Positions 9,592 to 19,305 are shown, counted from the stretch's first letter. The stretch: 64,000 nucleotides of DNA from Candidatus Brocadiia bacterium (GCA_050015075.1 JBEKCB010000001.1:64001-128000); one strand, 5' to 3'. The notes: generated by a model not told the origin, from the letters alone. A program made the numbers and translations.

Positions 9592-10084
9592 CGCGGTCGG
9601 GAGAGAATATCCCTGTTTGATGCGGCGCGGTTGATGCGGGGCGGGTCAGCGGTCAGCGGATGTGGCGGCCGGTGTTCTTGAGGCTCCGCAGACGCTCGAC
9701 CTTCGACGCCCAGTCGTGCGTGTCCTGCGGATAGCCGCGCAGTCCCCAGTTATCCAGCCAGATGGCCACCTGCCGCAGGAGAATGCGGACTCGGCGCTGC
9801 GCGCGCGCCGGCTTCTTTCGGGTAGAGGGCGGCGCGTTCGGCGCCGGGCCTTGCCTGGAAGATCTTTTTCCCTCGATCATCGGCCGAATTCCCAATACAG
9901 CAACGCAACCGAATCAGCGAGATGCCCATCGCGGTGAAAGCCTGGTCTGCATGCGGCAGCCTGCCTCTCCTGCCCCAAGGCGCGTCTGCGAAGGCCGGCT
10001 TCAGCGCTTGAGCCTCCAGTCAAGCTACTAAAGGCTAGCACAGCGGCCGCCGCCATGCAAGCGCTTTCAGCGAGCTGAACATGG

Positions 10085-10408
10085 TCAGAGGACCACGCTG
10101 GAGAGGTAAATCGCGCCGGCGAGGCAAGCCGCGCTGAAAACGGCTATCCCAACGACGAATACGGTTTCGTCGGCGTCTCCGGCCCGGGCCTTGGATGCCC
10201 GCGGTGCATCCCGCTGCGCCCGGTCGGCGTAACGGCTCGCCTCCTGTCGGTCCGGCGCGGCGCCCTGGAAGCAGAAGGAAGGCTGCTTCGCCGGCCGGCT
10301 CTCAGGCGGCGTCGAGTTCTCCGTTGACGCCGTCTCCGCGCGGCAAGTCGGGCTTCCGGCCGCCAGGACCAGCGTAAGCGCCAGGACTACGCAAAGCATT
10401 CTTCGCAT
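10085..10408 (-). CDS. Small secreted protein with C-terminal hydrophobic tail (precursor-like, PA2779-like architecture)
   Basis: Signal peptide MRRMLCVVLALTLVLAAG, polar middle, then KARAG followed by DADETVFVVGIAVFSAACLAGAIYLSSVVL; directly downstream of the C39 peptidase. Confidence 0.7.
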   Translation of the reverse strand: MRRMLCVVLALTLVLAAGSPTCRAETASTENSTPPESRPAKQPSFCFQGAAPDRQEASRYADRAQRDAPRASKARAGDADETVFVVGIAVFSAACLAGAIYLSSVVL

Positions 10409-10448
10409 CGCCGTGACCGAGCCCTCCGATGATTGTCTTTCGACCGGA

Positions 10449-11090
10449 CTATGGACCGGCAACCGCGGCCTGCGGCGCGCGCGGCGCCAGGAGCACCATG
10501 ACATAGTCGTTCCGCTTCCAGCCGCTCATGAGGCGCGTCTTCCGCACCTGGTATCTGCCGGCGGCCGGGTCCTGGATGACGAACCATTCATCGCCGATCG
10601 TCCCGATGACGACCGTCCAGTGCTTCGGCGGCCAGAGATCGCAGAGAAGCCGCTTGATCGCCGCGTAATACGGCAGCGAAATCGCCGGATCGCCGACGGC
10701 GCCGCAGTAGGCCATGACGATGGCGGGCCGGCCCTTCCGCACGCAGTCCTCCAGGTCGCTGAGTGTGCCGCGGAAGGCGTAGGCGTCGAGGCCGGCGGTC
10801 TTCGCCGCCGCGCACAGGTCCGTGGCGGAGGTGTTATTCTTCTGGAAAGGCGCCAAGCCTTCGCGCAGGTTCGGCGAGATCCCGTGCGTCCAGTATGTCG
10901 CGACGGAAGCGAGGCACGCGGGGCCGCAGGTGAGTTCCGGGCCCTGCCGGATGGAGGGAACGCCCTCGATGATGAACGCCTCTTCGTTAAGCCCCACTCC
11001 CACATATCGCGTCGCGTCGGCGCAGCCGGAGAGTTGGAGAGCCGCCAGGAGCAGCGCGCATAGCACCACGGCTCTTCCACGGCCACCCAT
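10449..11090 (-). CDS. Stand-alone C39-like cysteine peptidase, lipoprotein
   Basis: Lipobox LSGC; RQGPELTCGPACLA (Q...C), KHWTVVIG (H), IQDPAAG (D). Confidence 0.85.
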   Translation of the reverse strand: MGGRGRAVVLCALLLAALQLSGCADATRYVGVGLNEEAFIIEGVPSIRQGPELTCGPACLASVATYWTHGISPNLREGLAPFQKNNTSATDLCAAAKTAGLDAYAFRGTLSDLEDCVRKGRPAIVMAYCGAVGDPAISLPYYAAIKRLLCDLWPPKHWTVVIGTIGDEWFVIQDPAAGRYQVRKTRLMSGWKRNDYVMVLLAPRAPQAAVAGP

Positions 11091-11147
11091 CAGCAGACCT
11101 CAAAGGCTCACGGCATCGTCTCAGCGCGTCTTGCGCCCCACCATCTG

Positions 11148-11176
11148 ATGCTAGCACCCGCGCGGGCGAGCGTCAA
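11148..11176 (-). promoter_or_regulatory. Putative sigma70 promoter for the C39 peptidase operon
   Basis: Minus strand TTGACG-N17-TAGCAT. Confidence 0.4.
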
Positions 11177-11206
11177 GAGGGCGCCGACGCATGCCGCCCT
11201 CCGCGC

Positions 11207-13063
11207 TCATTCCGGTTTGGCGAAAAGCGCCTGGAGCGTCGCGGAGGCGATCGGGCCGGCGACCGCGGCGCCGTAGCCCGGAACGTTGTGCACGACCACG
11301 ACAAAGGCCCAGCGCGGCGAATTCCACGGCAGATAACCGGCGATCCAGGCCTGGTTGATGGTGCGGTCCCGCGTCTCCGCCGTGCCGGTCTTCACCGCCG
11401 CCTTCAACTCGCGAAGCCCGGGAACGTTGCTGGCGGTGCCGGCGAGCGTGCACTGGCGCATGCCGTCGCGCACGGCTTGCAGCCCCTCCGGCGGCAGCGC
11501 GACCTCGCACGGAGTGAATGCGTCCGCTGCGGCGGTCGCGTCCGCTTCAGGCGGCGGCTCGATCCGATGCAGGATCGTGGGCCGCGGGGACTTGCCGCCG
11601 TTGGCGATCACGGCGGTCATCACCGCGATCTGCAGGGGCGTGACGCTGAGGTCGCCTTGCCCGATCCCCAGGTTCATCGTCTGGCCCGCCGGCCAGCCGC
11701 GGCGCAGTTGCGGCAGCCGGCCGGCCCATTCGTACGGCAGGTCCACGCCGGTCCGACGTCCGAGGTTGAGGGCGCTCGCCCAGGCGAGAATCGCGGGCGC
11801 GCCGGTCTGGTGCGCGACCTGGAAGAAATAGATGTTGCAGGACATGGCGAGGGCCTGCGCCATGTTCACGGCGCCGTGATGGCCTTCGCAATGGAACGTG
11901 ATGCCGCCGTAGACCAGCGTGCCGTCGCAGGTGATGGTGCGCTCGGTCCCGAACCCGCCGGCGGCCGCGGCGAGCGCGACGACTGGCTTGAAGACCGACC
12001 CCGGCGCCACGCTGTCCTGTGTCGCTCGCGACAGGTACGGCTTCATCGGCAGGTCCTCGGCGGCCGGGCCGGTGGCCGGATCGAACGAAGGCGAACTGGC
12101 CAGGACCAGCAGCTCGCCGGTCCGCAGGTCCATCACCACCGCGGCCCCGACGACGCCGGCGAGCGCCTTCTCGGCCTGCCGCTGCGCCGGCCCGGAGAGC
12201 GCCAGGTAAACGTTGCTCCCCGGCTGCGCGCCGAAGAGGACGTTCCGCGCCAGGCCGCCGGTCTTCGGGTCCACGGCGGTGTTGACGATCCCCGCCACGC
12301 CGCGCAGCGCGGCGTCGAACTGCTTCTCCGCTCCGGCGATGCCGACGCGGTCGCCTGGACGAACGTTCGGGTCTTCCGGCGTTTGGCCGGACGATGGCGG
12401 CTGCGCGCGCCCGAGATATCCCACGGTGTGCGCCGCGAATTTCCCCTGCGGGTACGATCTGCGCCACGCCGCCGAGACCGCGACGCCGGGCAGCCGGCCG
12501 GCGCCGGCGGCCGCCCGCTCGGCGGTCTCGACGGAGACGCCGCTGATCAACACGTGCGGGAGGGTCTCTTCGTAAAGCACGCGCTTGCCGAACTCCGCCT
12601 CGTGATCGCCCAACACCTGCCGGCGCATCTGGCGCACCTGGTTGACGATCTGGCCGATCCGCGCCAGGATGAAGTCGCGGTCGCACCCGGCCGCCGCGGA
12701 GAGCGCATCGAGCCGCGCCTGGAGCGTGTCCTCGGCCATCGGATGGCGCTTCTCCGCCTCGCGGATCCGCTCGCGCTCCTCCTGGAACATGTCGTTGCCG
12801 CCGAGGGAGCACATCCGGAGCAGCTCGCCGTACTGGACGGCGAGCTCCAGCGTGGGCTGGTCGCAGGCGAGGACGGCGCCGTCGCGGTCGAAGATGGTCC
12901 CGCGCGCGGCGGGGACCTCCTCCAGCGGCACCGGCCGCCGCAGCACGGCATCCGGGTCTTCGCTGGTCAGGCCGAGCACCTGCAGTTGAAAGAGCCTGGC
13001 GCCGATGCAGAGCAGCGCCGCGCAGAAGACGAAATACAGAAGGCCGAGCCGCCGGTCAAACAT
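11207..13063 (-). CDS. mrdA: Class B penicillin-binding protein 2
   Basis: N-terminal TM, ARGTIFDRDG, SxxK (PGSVFKP), SCN, KTGT; follows mreD. Confidence 0.9.
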   Translation of the reverse strand: MFDRRLGLLYFVFCAALLCIGARLFQLQVLGLTSEDPDAVLRRPVPLEEVPAARGTIFDRDGAVLACDQPTLELAVQYGELLRMCSLGGNDMFQEERERIREAEKRHPMAEDTLQARLDALSAAAGCDRDFILARIGQIVNQVRQMRRQVLGDHEAEFGKRVLYEETLPHVLISGVSVETAERAAAGAGRLPGVAVSAAWRRSYPQGKFAAHTVGYLGRAQPPSSGQTPEDPNVRPGDRVGIAGAEKQFDAALRGVAGIVNTAVDPKTGGLARNVLFGAQPGSNVYLALSGPAQRQAEKALAGVVGAAVVMDLRTGELLVLASSPSFDPATGPAAEDLPMKPYLSRATQDSVAPGSVFKPVVALAAAAGGFGTERTITCDGTLVYGGITFHCEGHHGAVNMAQALAMSCNIYFFQVAHQTGAPAILAWASALNLGRRTGVDLPYEWAGRLPQLRRGWPAGQTMNLGIGQGDLSVTPLQIAVMTAVIANGGKSPRPTILHRIEPPPEADATAAADAFTPCEVALPPEGLQAVRDGMRQCTLAGTASNVPGLRELKAAVKTGTAETRDRTINQAWIAGYLPWNSPRWAFVVVVHNVPGYGAAVAGPIASATLQALFAKPE

Positions 13064-13090
13064 GGCCTTCCTCACGCAAAATGCTCTTCC

Positions 13091-13176
13091 ACCACGACGA
13101 CACAACGAGCACGACGCAACGGCTATTAAGGCAACAGTTATGTTTATGTGCGTTGTGCCCGTAGTGTCGTCGTGGT
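13091..13176. repeat. ACCACGACGACAC-family inverted repeat (28-bp arms, AT-rich loop)
   Basis: 13091-13118 versus the reverse complement of 13149-13176: 3 mismatches in 28. Confidence 0.85.
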
Positions 13177-13186
13177 TTAGAATGAT

Positions 13187-13726
13187 TCATGCCGCTCCTC
13201 CGGCCTCGTCGTAGGTCGCCCTCAGGCTCCTCGCATGGCCCTTACGGCGCAGCAGGCGGTCCAGGCAGCGGAAGAACAGCCAGGCGACGCACGCGGTGAC
13301 AAGCGAGGCGGTCAGCACGCCGCGGAACGCGCCGGGCATGGGCCACAGCCGGCCGCCTTCGCGCCCGAGCGCCCACGCGGCCACGCATTCGGTAGTGAAC
13401 GCCGCCGCCCAGGCCAGCACTGCGCCGGTCGCCGCGGAGCGCGCGTCCAGGGCCGGCCGCAGACGCGCGATCACCGCTCCCGCCGCCAGGTAGAGCAGCG
13501 CGTATTCCCCGACCGGTCCCGACGAAAGCAGGTCCTTGGCGAGGCCGGTCATCCAGCACAGCGCCAGGGTGTCGGCGTCGCGCCCGGGCTGCGCGCGCAG
13601 CGCCGCGAAGGCGACCAGGATCACAAAGAGGTCCGGTCGCCAGGCCGGCGAAACGTGGCGCGGCAGCGGGCCGCACGCGAGCAGCGCCACGACCGCCAAT
13701 ACCAGCAGCCAACTGCCGACCCGCAT
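13187..13726 (-). CDS. mreD: Rod shape-determining protein MreD
   Basis: Hydrophobic; RPDLFVIL and GLAKDLLS..PVG motifs; lies between mreC and mrdA. Confidence 0.8.
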   Translation of the reverse strand: MRVGSWLLVLAVVALLACGPLPRHVSPAWRPDLFVILVAFAALRAQPGRDADTLALCWMTGLAKDLLSSGPVGEYALLYLAAGAVIARLRPALDARSAATGAVLAWAAAFTTECVAAWALGREGGRLWPMPGAFRGVLTASLVTACVAWLFFRCLDRLLRRKGHARSLRATYDEAGGAA

Positions 13727-13737
13727 CGAAGGCTCTC

Positions 13738-14571
13738 CTATCCGCTCGGCGCGGCGGTTTCGGGCAACAGGATGACGGCGTCCTCGAGCAGCGCCGGGTC
13801 GAAGGCCGGCTTCACGACCACCCATTGGAATATCGCGCCGGATTCGCGGGAGACCTCGGCGCATTCGCCGACGAAAAGCCCGGGCGGGAAGACGCCGTCC
13901 ATGCCGGAGGTGACGAACACGTCGCCGACCCGGACGTCGGCCTGCGCGCTGAGATCGTCCACCTGCGCCTCGCCGCCGCCGGCGCCTTTGAGCACGCCCT
14001 CGGCGCGCGAGTGCGCGCACCGCACGCCCATGCTGCACTCCCGGTCGCCGATGAGGACGACGCTGCAGGACCACGGTCCCACGGAATCCACGCGGCCGAT
14101 CAGCGCCTGGTTCCAGAGGACCGGCGCGTTGGGCGTCACGCCCGCGCGGCCGCCCTGGTTCAGGACCATCGTGCGGCGCAAGGCGGAGGAGTCGTACTTG
14201 AGGATCCGCGCCACGACGGGGCGCCCCTGCGCCTCGGCGGGCAACTGCGCCAGGTGGCTCAGGCGCAGCTCCAGCTCGCGGCGGCGCTCGGATTCCTGGA
14301 CGAGTTGCGCCCGCAGCCGGGCATTCTGCGCTTGCAGTTCGCGCACTTCACCGGCGGCGCGCCAGAGCCGGCCGATGCGGTCCGCCCAGCCTTCGGCCGG
14401 CGACAGGGCGCCCAGCGAGGCGCCCTGGAGCACCTGGACGGGAAATGTGGCGGCCAGGCGCGCGCGCCCGGTCCAGCCGGAAGGCAGCAGCATGAGGACC
14501 AGGGAAGCAACCAGGTAGGCGGCAAACGTTCTGAGGCGAGGTTGTGCGCTCTTTGACGGCAAAGACTTCAC
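13738..14571 (-). CDS. mreC: Rod shape-determining protein MreC
   Basis: TM, coiled coil (LQAQNARLRAQL), LIGRV, GDVFVTSGMDGVFPPGL. Confidence 0.92.
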   Translation of the reverse strand: MKSLPSKSAQPRLRTFAAYLVASLVLMLLPSGWTGRARLAATFPVQVLQGASLGALSPAEGWADRIGRLWRAAGEVRELQAQNARLRAQLVQESERRRELELRLSHLAQLPAEAQGRPVVARILKYDSSALRRTMVLNQGGRAGVTPNAPVLWNQALIGRVDSVGPWSCSVVLIGDRECSMGVRCAHSRAEGVLKGAGGGEAQVDDLSAQADVRVGDVFVTSGMDGVFPPGLFVGECAEVSRESGAIFQWVVVKPAFDPALLEDAVILLPETAAPSG

Positions 14572-14583
14572 GCTATGTCACAA

Positions 14584-14614
14584 GATTGCGGATTGCGGAA
14601 TTCCGCATTCCGCA
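14584..14614. repeat. Heptamer inverted repeat (GATTGCG)2 / (TTCCGCA)2
   Basis: GATTGCGGATTGCGGAATTCCGCATTCCGCA between mreB and mreC. Confidence 0.65.
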
Positions 14615-14624
14615 AGGGTCTGTT

Positions 14625-15671
14625 CTATTCTTCGTCGCTGTCGAGCATGTCCTTGACGCGGTCGAGTTCCTCGAGCACGGCGCCGGTGCCGCGCGCTACG
14701 GCGGTGAGCGGGTCCTCGGCGATGCGGACGGTCAGGCCGGTCTCCTTGGCGATGAGGCGGTCAATCCCGCGCAGGAGCGCGCCGCCGCCGCAGAGCGTCA
14801 TGCCGCGGTCAATCAGGTCGGCGGAGAGTTCCGGGTCGGTCGTCTCGAGGGTGCGCTTGACGGCGTCGAGGATGACCTGGATCGGCTCGGAGAGCGCCTC
14901 GCGGACTTCCTCGCTGGTGATCGTGGCGGAGCGCGGGATACCGGCGATCAGGTCGCGGCCCTTGACCGCGCGGGTCAGTTCCTTTTCGAGGGGCGCGGCG
15001 GAGCCGATTTCGATCTTGACGGCCTCGGCGCTCGGCTCGCCGATGAGCAGGTTGTAGGTGCGCTTCATGTAGTTGATGATGGCATCGTTCATGTCGTCGC
15101 CGGCGATGCGCACCGACTGGCGGGTGACGATGCCGCCGAGCGAGATGACGGCGACCTCGGTGGTGCCGCCGCCGATGTCCACGATCATGTTGCCGACCGG
15201 CTCGAGGATCGGCAGTCCGACGCCGATGCCGGCGGCCTTCGGCTCGTCAATCAGGTAGACCTTTCGGGCGCCGGCGCGCCGGGCGGAGTCAATGACGGCC
15301 TGTTTCTCGACCGGCGTGATGCCCGACGGGACGGCGATGACGACGCGCGGGCTGACCATGCGGCTGCGGCCGTGGACCTTGCGGATGAAGTATTCGAGCA
15401 TGGCGCGCGTGATCTCGAAGTCGGTGATCACGCCGTCGCGCATGGGCCGGATCACCTGGATGGATCCGGGCGTCTTGCCCATCATTTCCTTGGCGACGTT
15501 GCCGACGGCATTGCCGTTGTCGAGGACCTGGCTGGTGCCGCGCTTGACGGCGACGACGGAGGGTTCCGAGAGGACAATGCCCTGGCCGACCAGGCACACG
15601 AGCGTATTCGCCGTGCCCAGGTCTATCCCCATATCGTGGGAGAAGAGTCCCACCAGGCGGTTCAGGAACAT
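14625..15671 (-). CDS. mreB: Rod shape-determining actin homolog MreB
   Basis: DMGIDLGTANT, IRPMRDGVI, VDIGGGTTEVA, GGGALL. Confidence 0.99.
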   Translation of the reverse strand: MFLNRLVGLFSHDMGIDLGTANTLVCLVGQGIVLSEPSVVAVKRGTSQVLDNGNAVGNVAKEMMGKTPGSIQVIRPMRDGVITDFEITRAMLEYFIRKVHGRSRMVSPRVVIAVPSGITPVEKQAVIDSARRAGARKVYLIDEPKAAGIGVGLPILEPVGNMIVDIGGGTTEVAVISLGGIVTRQSVRIAGDDMNDAIINYMKRTYNLLIGEPSAEAVKIEIGSAAPLEKELTRAVKGRDLIAGIPRSATITSEEVREALSEPIQVILDAVKRTLETTDPELSADLIDRGMTLCGGGALLRGIDRLIAKETGLTVRIAEDPLTAVARGTGAVLEELDRVKDMLDSDEE

Positions 15672-15749
15672 CCCAAATCCTTAGCGCGCCGTGGCCGGCA
15701 GTCCGCAACCGGCATCAGCGAATCCCGCGCGATTCCGGCGCGGCTCAGT

Positions 15750-16082
15750 TCAGGGCGTCGTCGCGGCCGTCGCCGGAGCCGCGGTCGTCCCGGGCGTCGG
15801 CGTCGTCGTCGGAGCGGGCGCCGGAGTCACCGTTCGAGCCGGCGCGGGCGCCGCCGTCCGAGCCGGCGCCGGCGGCCTCGACACCGGCATCGTCGTGGCC
15901 GTGGGCTCGAACTTATACGGCTTCGGCGGGCCTTGATAGAACGAGATATATTCGTGCGCAGCGAAGACCACGGCCAGCAGCATGGCCGCGCACGCGATGA
16001 TCAACATCACTTCGTAGACGGACTGTCCCGCGCTGCGGGCGGGTCGGCGCGCGGACGGGGTTCCAGGCATGGCGTTCATCAT
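15750..16082 (-). CDS. Hypothetical single-pass membrane protein with Pro/Ala/Thr-rich tail
   Basis: TM VMLIIACAAMLLAVVFAA; repeated PAPART/TPAP tail; co-oriented upstream of mreB. Confidence 0.6.
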   Translation of the reverse strand: MMNAMPGTPSARRPARSAGQSVYEVMLIIACAAMLLAVVFAAHEYISFYQGPPKPYKFEPTATTMPVSRPPAPARTAAPAPARTVTPAPAPTTTPTPGTTAAPATAATTP

Positions 16083-16140
16083 CCCGCTTTAAGGTCTCAG
16101 CTTTCAGGGTCGGCCGCTGCGTCCTCGGGACCCGGCGGCG

Positions 16141-17001
16141 CTAGTCGCTCAAACGCGTCCACGCGTTGTCGCCGCGCTGGATGGGCAGCTTGGGCACAAC
16201 AACGCGCGCGGCGCACAGATCGTCCTGAACGTCGAACACGCTGACCTTCGCGACGAACACGCCTTCCCGGAAGATCGAGAAGTCGTAGTTCTTCATCACG
16301 CCCTGCTTCCGGCCCGCGTTGAGGAGGATGAAGTTGCTCTCCGCATCCACCTTGACCACTTTGGCCTTGATGTCCGGCAGGCTGGCCCAACTGGCGATGA
16401 GTTCGCGCCAGGCGACGTTCCGCCGGCTCAGCTCGGCGAAGATATCGTCATTGAGCTTGAGCGTCTCCTCCGCCTTTCCGAGCGAGTCCGTGGCGGTTTT
16501 CAACGAGGTGGTCAGCTCCGTGTTCTCTTTGTCGACTTTGTTGGCGTGGCTCTGCTCATCAATCAGCTTGGCGGTGAGCGTGTTGTTCTCGGTCTTCAGG
16601 CTGTCCGCGCTGGCGAGCAGCGTCTTCATCTCGCCGCCGAGCGAATTGAGCGCCGCCGCCTGTTCGAGGTTGAGGTTCTTGTCTTTCTGAATCTCGATAT
16701 CCTTCGCCGTGTATTCGGCGGCCTTCCGTTCGCCTTCATGGATCGCCGCATCGAGGCGAAGCTGGGCCGCGTCGGCGTTGGACTTCGCCTCCGCGATTTC
16801 CTTGACCGCCTGGTTGACCCGGTCGGTCATCTCGGCGTTCGTCCGCGTCCAGTTCTCTTTGTCCCGCGCGTAGTCGCCCTTCGTTTTTTCCAGCTCGGCG
16901 CGGAAGTCCTCGCGCTTGCCGAAGAGCACGGCGGACATGGATGCGAAAATGAGGCTCAGGATAAAGACCACGACCGTCAGCAGTTTGGCCCAGAACGTCA
17001 T
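16141..17001 (-). CDS. Hypothetical membrane-anchored coiled-coil protein with C-terminal beta-rich domain
   Basis: GGAGGAG RBS before ATG 17001; N-terminal TM, about 170 aa of heptad-like sequence, C-terminal KVVKVD..FILLNAGRKQGV. Confidence 0.8.
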   Translation of the reverse strand: MTFWAKLLTVVVFILSLIFASMSAVLFGKREDFRAELEKTKGDYARDKENWTRTNAEMTDRVNQAVKEIAEAKSNADAAQLRLDAAIHEGERKAAEYTAKDIEIQKDKNLNLEQAAALNSLGGEMKTLLASADSLKTENNTLTAKLIDEQSHANKVDKENTELTTSLKTATDSLGKAEETLKLNDDIFAELSRRNVAWRELIASWASLPDIKAKVVKVDAESNFILLNAGRKQGVMKNYDFSIFREGVFVAKVSVFDVQDDLCAARVVVPKLPIQRGDNAWTRLSD

Positions 17002-17065
17002 GGCAACTCCTCCCAAAGGGAAGCCGGCCCTCTCGTGCGGGCCGTACATCTTCCGGCGAACAAGG

Positions 17066-17095
17066 ATTATAAGAATTGCTTTTCGCATAAGTCAA
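17066..17095 (-). promoter_or_regulatory. Putative sigma70 promoter of the mre operon
   Basis: Minus strand TTGACT-N18-TATAAT; a divergent TTGAGG-N17-TACAAT lies at 17118-17146 on +. Confidence 0.6.
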
Positions 17096-17211
17096 GCGAA
17101 AATCCGCATAGATTCGGTTGAGGAAGCCGGGCGCGGCTGCTACAATACGGCCCTTCCGCGATTCCGGCCGGCGCCGGAGGGACACTTTTCCCGTTTTTCA
17201 GGCCAGAGAAT

Positions 17212-19305
17212 ATGCTCGAAAGTTTCTTCAACCCACGTTCCGTGGCGGTCATCGGCGCGTCACGCGAGGAAGGCAAAGTCGGCTACGACGTGCTGCACAA
17301 CCTGGTCCAGTACGGTTATCCCGGCAAGATCTACCCGGTCAATCCCAAGGCGGACCAGATCCTGGGCCTGCCCTGTTTCCGGTCGGTCCGCGACATTCCC
17401 GGCGAGGTGGACCTGGCGGTCCTGGTGATCCCGGCGAAGTTCTGCCTGGAAGCGACGCGCGACTGCGTCGCGAAGAAAGTGCCGGCGCTGATCATCATCA
17501 CCGCCGGCTTCAAGGAGACCGGCCGCGAAGGGGCCGATCTCGAGCGCAAGGTCGTCGAGGTCGCGCGCGAGAACGGCATGCGCATCATCGGCCCGAACTG
17601 CCTGGGGCTGATCAACACGCCCGAGAAACTCAACGCCTCCTTCGCCGCCGGCATGCCCGAAAAAGGCGACATCGCCTTCATGTCGCAGTCGGGCGCGTTC
17701 GGCACGGCGATCCTCGACTGGGCGATCGGCGAGCGGATCGGCTTCAGCAAATTCATCAGCGTCGGCAACAAGGCCGACGTGGACGAGACCACGCTCCTGG
17801 AAGCGGTCGGCGGCGACCGCGACTCGCGCGTGCTGCTCGGCTATATCGAGTCGGTCCAGCACGGCGAGGAGTTCATGCGCGTCGCGAAGGAGATCACGCG
17901 GCGCAAGCCGGTGATCCTCTTCAAGTCCGGCATGTCGGCCGCCGGCGCGAGGGCCGCCTCGAGTCACACCGGCGCGCTCGCCGGCTCCGACAACGCCTAT
18001 GCCGCCGCCTTCCGGCAATCGGGCATCCTCCGCGCGAGCGAGGTCGTGGACCTCTTCGACTGGGGCCTGGCGTTCAGCTATCAGAAGGGCATCGGCGGCC
18101 CGGAGGTGGCACTCGTCACCAACGCCGGCGGGCCGGGCATCATCGCGACCGACGCGGTGGAACGCAGCCGGCTGCAGATGGCCACGCTGACCAAGGAAAC
18201 CGTGGACGCGCTGCACAAGGCGTTGCCGCCGACGGCGAACTTCTACAACCCGATCGACGTCCTCGGCGACGCGCGCGCCGAGCGCTACGACATCGCCGTC
18301 CGCGCCGCCCTCAGCGACCCGAACGTCCGCGGCGTCATCGTGATCCTCACTCCCCAGACGAGCACCGAGCCGCTGCCGACCGCCGAGGTCGTCGCCAGGG
18401 CCGCCGCCGAGTACGGCAAGCCGGTCGTCGCCTGCTACATGGGCGGGCCGCGCGTCATCGAGGGTTTCCGCTACCTCATGGAGCATCGCGTGCCGACCTA
18501 TCCGTTCCCCGAGCGCGCCGTGGCGGCAATGGACGCGCTTTACCGGCACCGGCTGTGGATGGATACGCCGCCGGGCGAACTCTGCACCTTCCCGGTCGAG
18601 AAGGAAAAAGTCGCCGCCATCTTCCAGCAGAGCCGCGCCGCCGGCCGCCTGGAGCTGGGCGAGCAGGAAGCGCGCGAGGTGATCCGCGCGTACGGTTTCA
18701 AGGTGCCCCGCAGCCTGCTGGCGACCACTCACGAAGAAGCCGTCGCCGCCGCGCGGGAAGTCGGGCTGCCGGTGGTGATGAAAATCTCCTCGCCGGACAT
18801 CCTGCACAAGTCCGACGTCGGCGGCGTGCGCGTGGGCGTCGCCACGGAGCTGGAAGTCGTCGGCGCCTTCACGGCGATCATCGAGAGCGCCCGGCGCAAG
18901 CTGCCGCAGGCCGACCTCAGCGGCGTGCTCGTCCAGGAGATGATCCGCGGCGGCCGCGAGACGATCCTCGGCATGACGCGCGACGCGCAGTTCGGCCCGA
19001 TGATCATGTTCGGCCTCGGCGGGATCTATGTCGAGGTGCTCAAGGACGTTTCCTTCCGCATCGCCCCGCTGACCCGGCGCGACGCCGAGGAGATGGTTGC
19101 CGAGATCCGCTCCATCAAGCTGCTCCGCGGCGTCCGCGGCCAGCCGCCGGCCGACTTCAGTGCGCTCGTCGAGGGGCTGCTGCGGCTCTCGCAACTGGTG
19201 GTGGATTTCCCCGAGATCGTCGAGATGGACCTCAACCCGCTGGCCGTCTTCCCAAAGGGCGGCGGCACGGTGGCGATGGACGCGCGACTGGCCTTGAAAG
19301 GTTAA
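17212..19305 (+). CDS. ADP-forming acetate/acyl-CoA ligase, alpha-beta fusion
   Basis: SVAVIGAS, IIGPNCLG, SQSGA, SSHTGALAG (phospho-His), TNAGGPG, ATP-grasp HKSDVGGV, EMDLNPL. Confidence 0.95.
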   Translation: MLESFFNPRSVAVIGASREEGKVGYDVLHNLVQYGYPGKIYPVNPKADQILGLPCFRSVRDIPGEVDLAVLVIPAKFCLEATRDCVAKKVPALIIITAGFKETGREGADLERKVVEVARENGMRIIGPNCLGLINTPEKLNASFAAGMPEKGDIAFMSQSGAFGTAILDWAIGERIGFSKFISVGNKADVDETTLLEAVGGDRDSRVLLGYIESVQHGEEFMRVAKEITRRKPVILFKSGMSAAGARAASSHTGALAGSDNAYAAAFRQSGILRASEVVDLFDWGLAFSYQKGIGGPEVALVTNAGGPGIIATDAVERSRLQMATLTKETVDALHKALPPTANFYNPIDVLGDARAERYDIAVRAALSDPNVRGVIVILTPQTSTEPLPTAEVVARAAAEYGKPVVACYMGGPRVIEGFRYLMEHRVPTYPFPERAVAAMDALYRHRLWMDTPPGELCTFPVEKEKVAAIFQQSRAAGRLELGEQEAREVIRAYGFKVPRSLLATTHEEAVAAAREVGLPVVMKISSPDILHKSDVGGVRVGVATELEVVGAFTAIIESARRKLPQADLSGVLVQEMIRGGRETILGMTRDAQFGPMIMFGLGGIYVEVLKDVSFRIAPLTRRDAEEMVAEIRSIKLLRGVRGQPPADFSALVEGLLRLSQLVVDFPEIVEMDLNPLAVFPKGGGTVAMDARLALKG

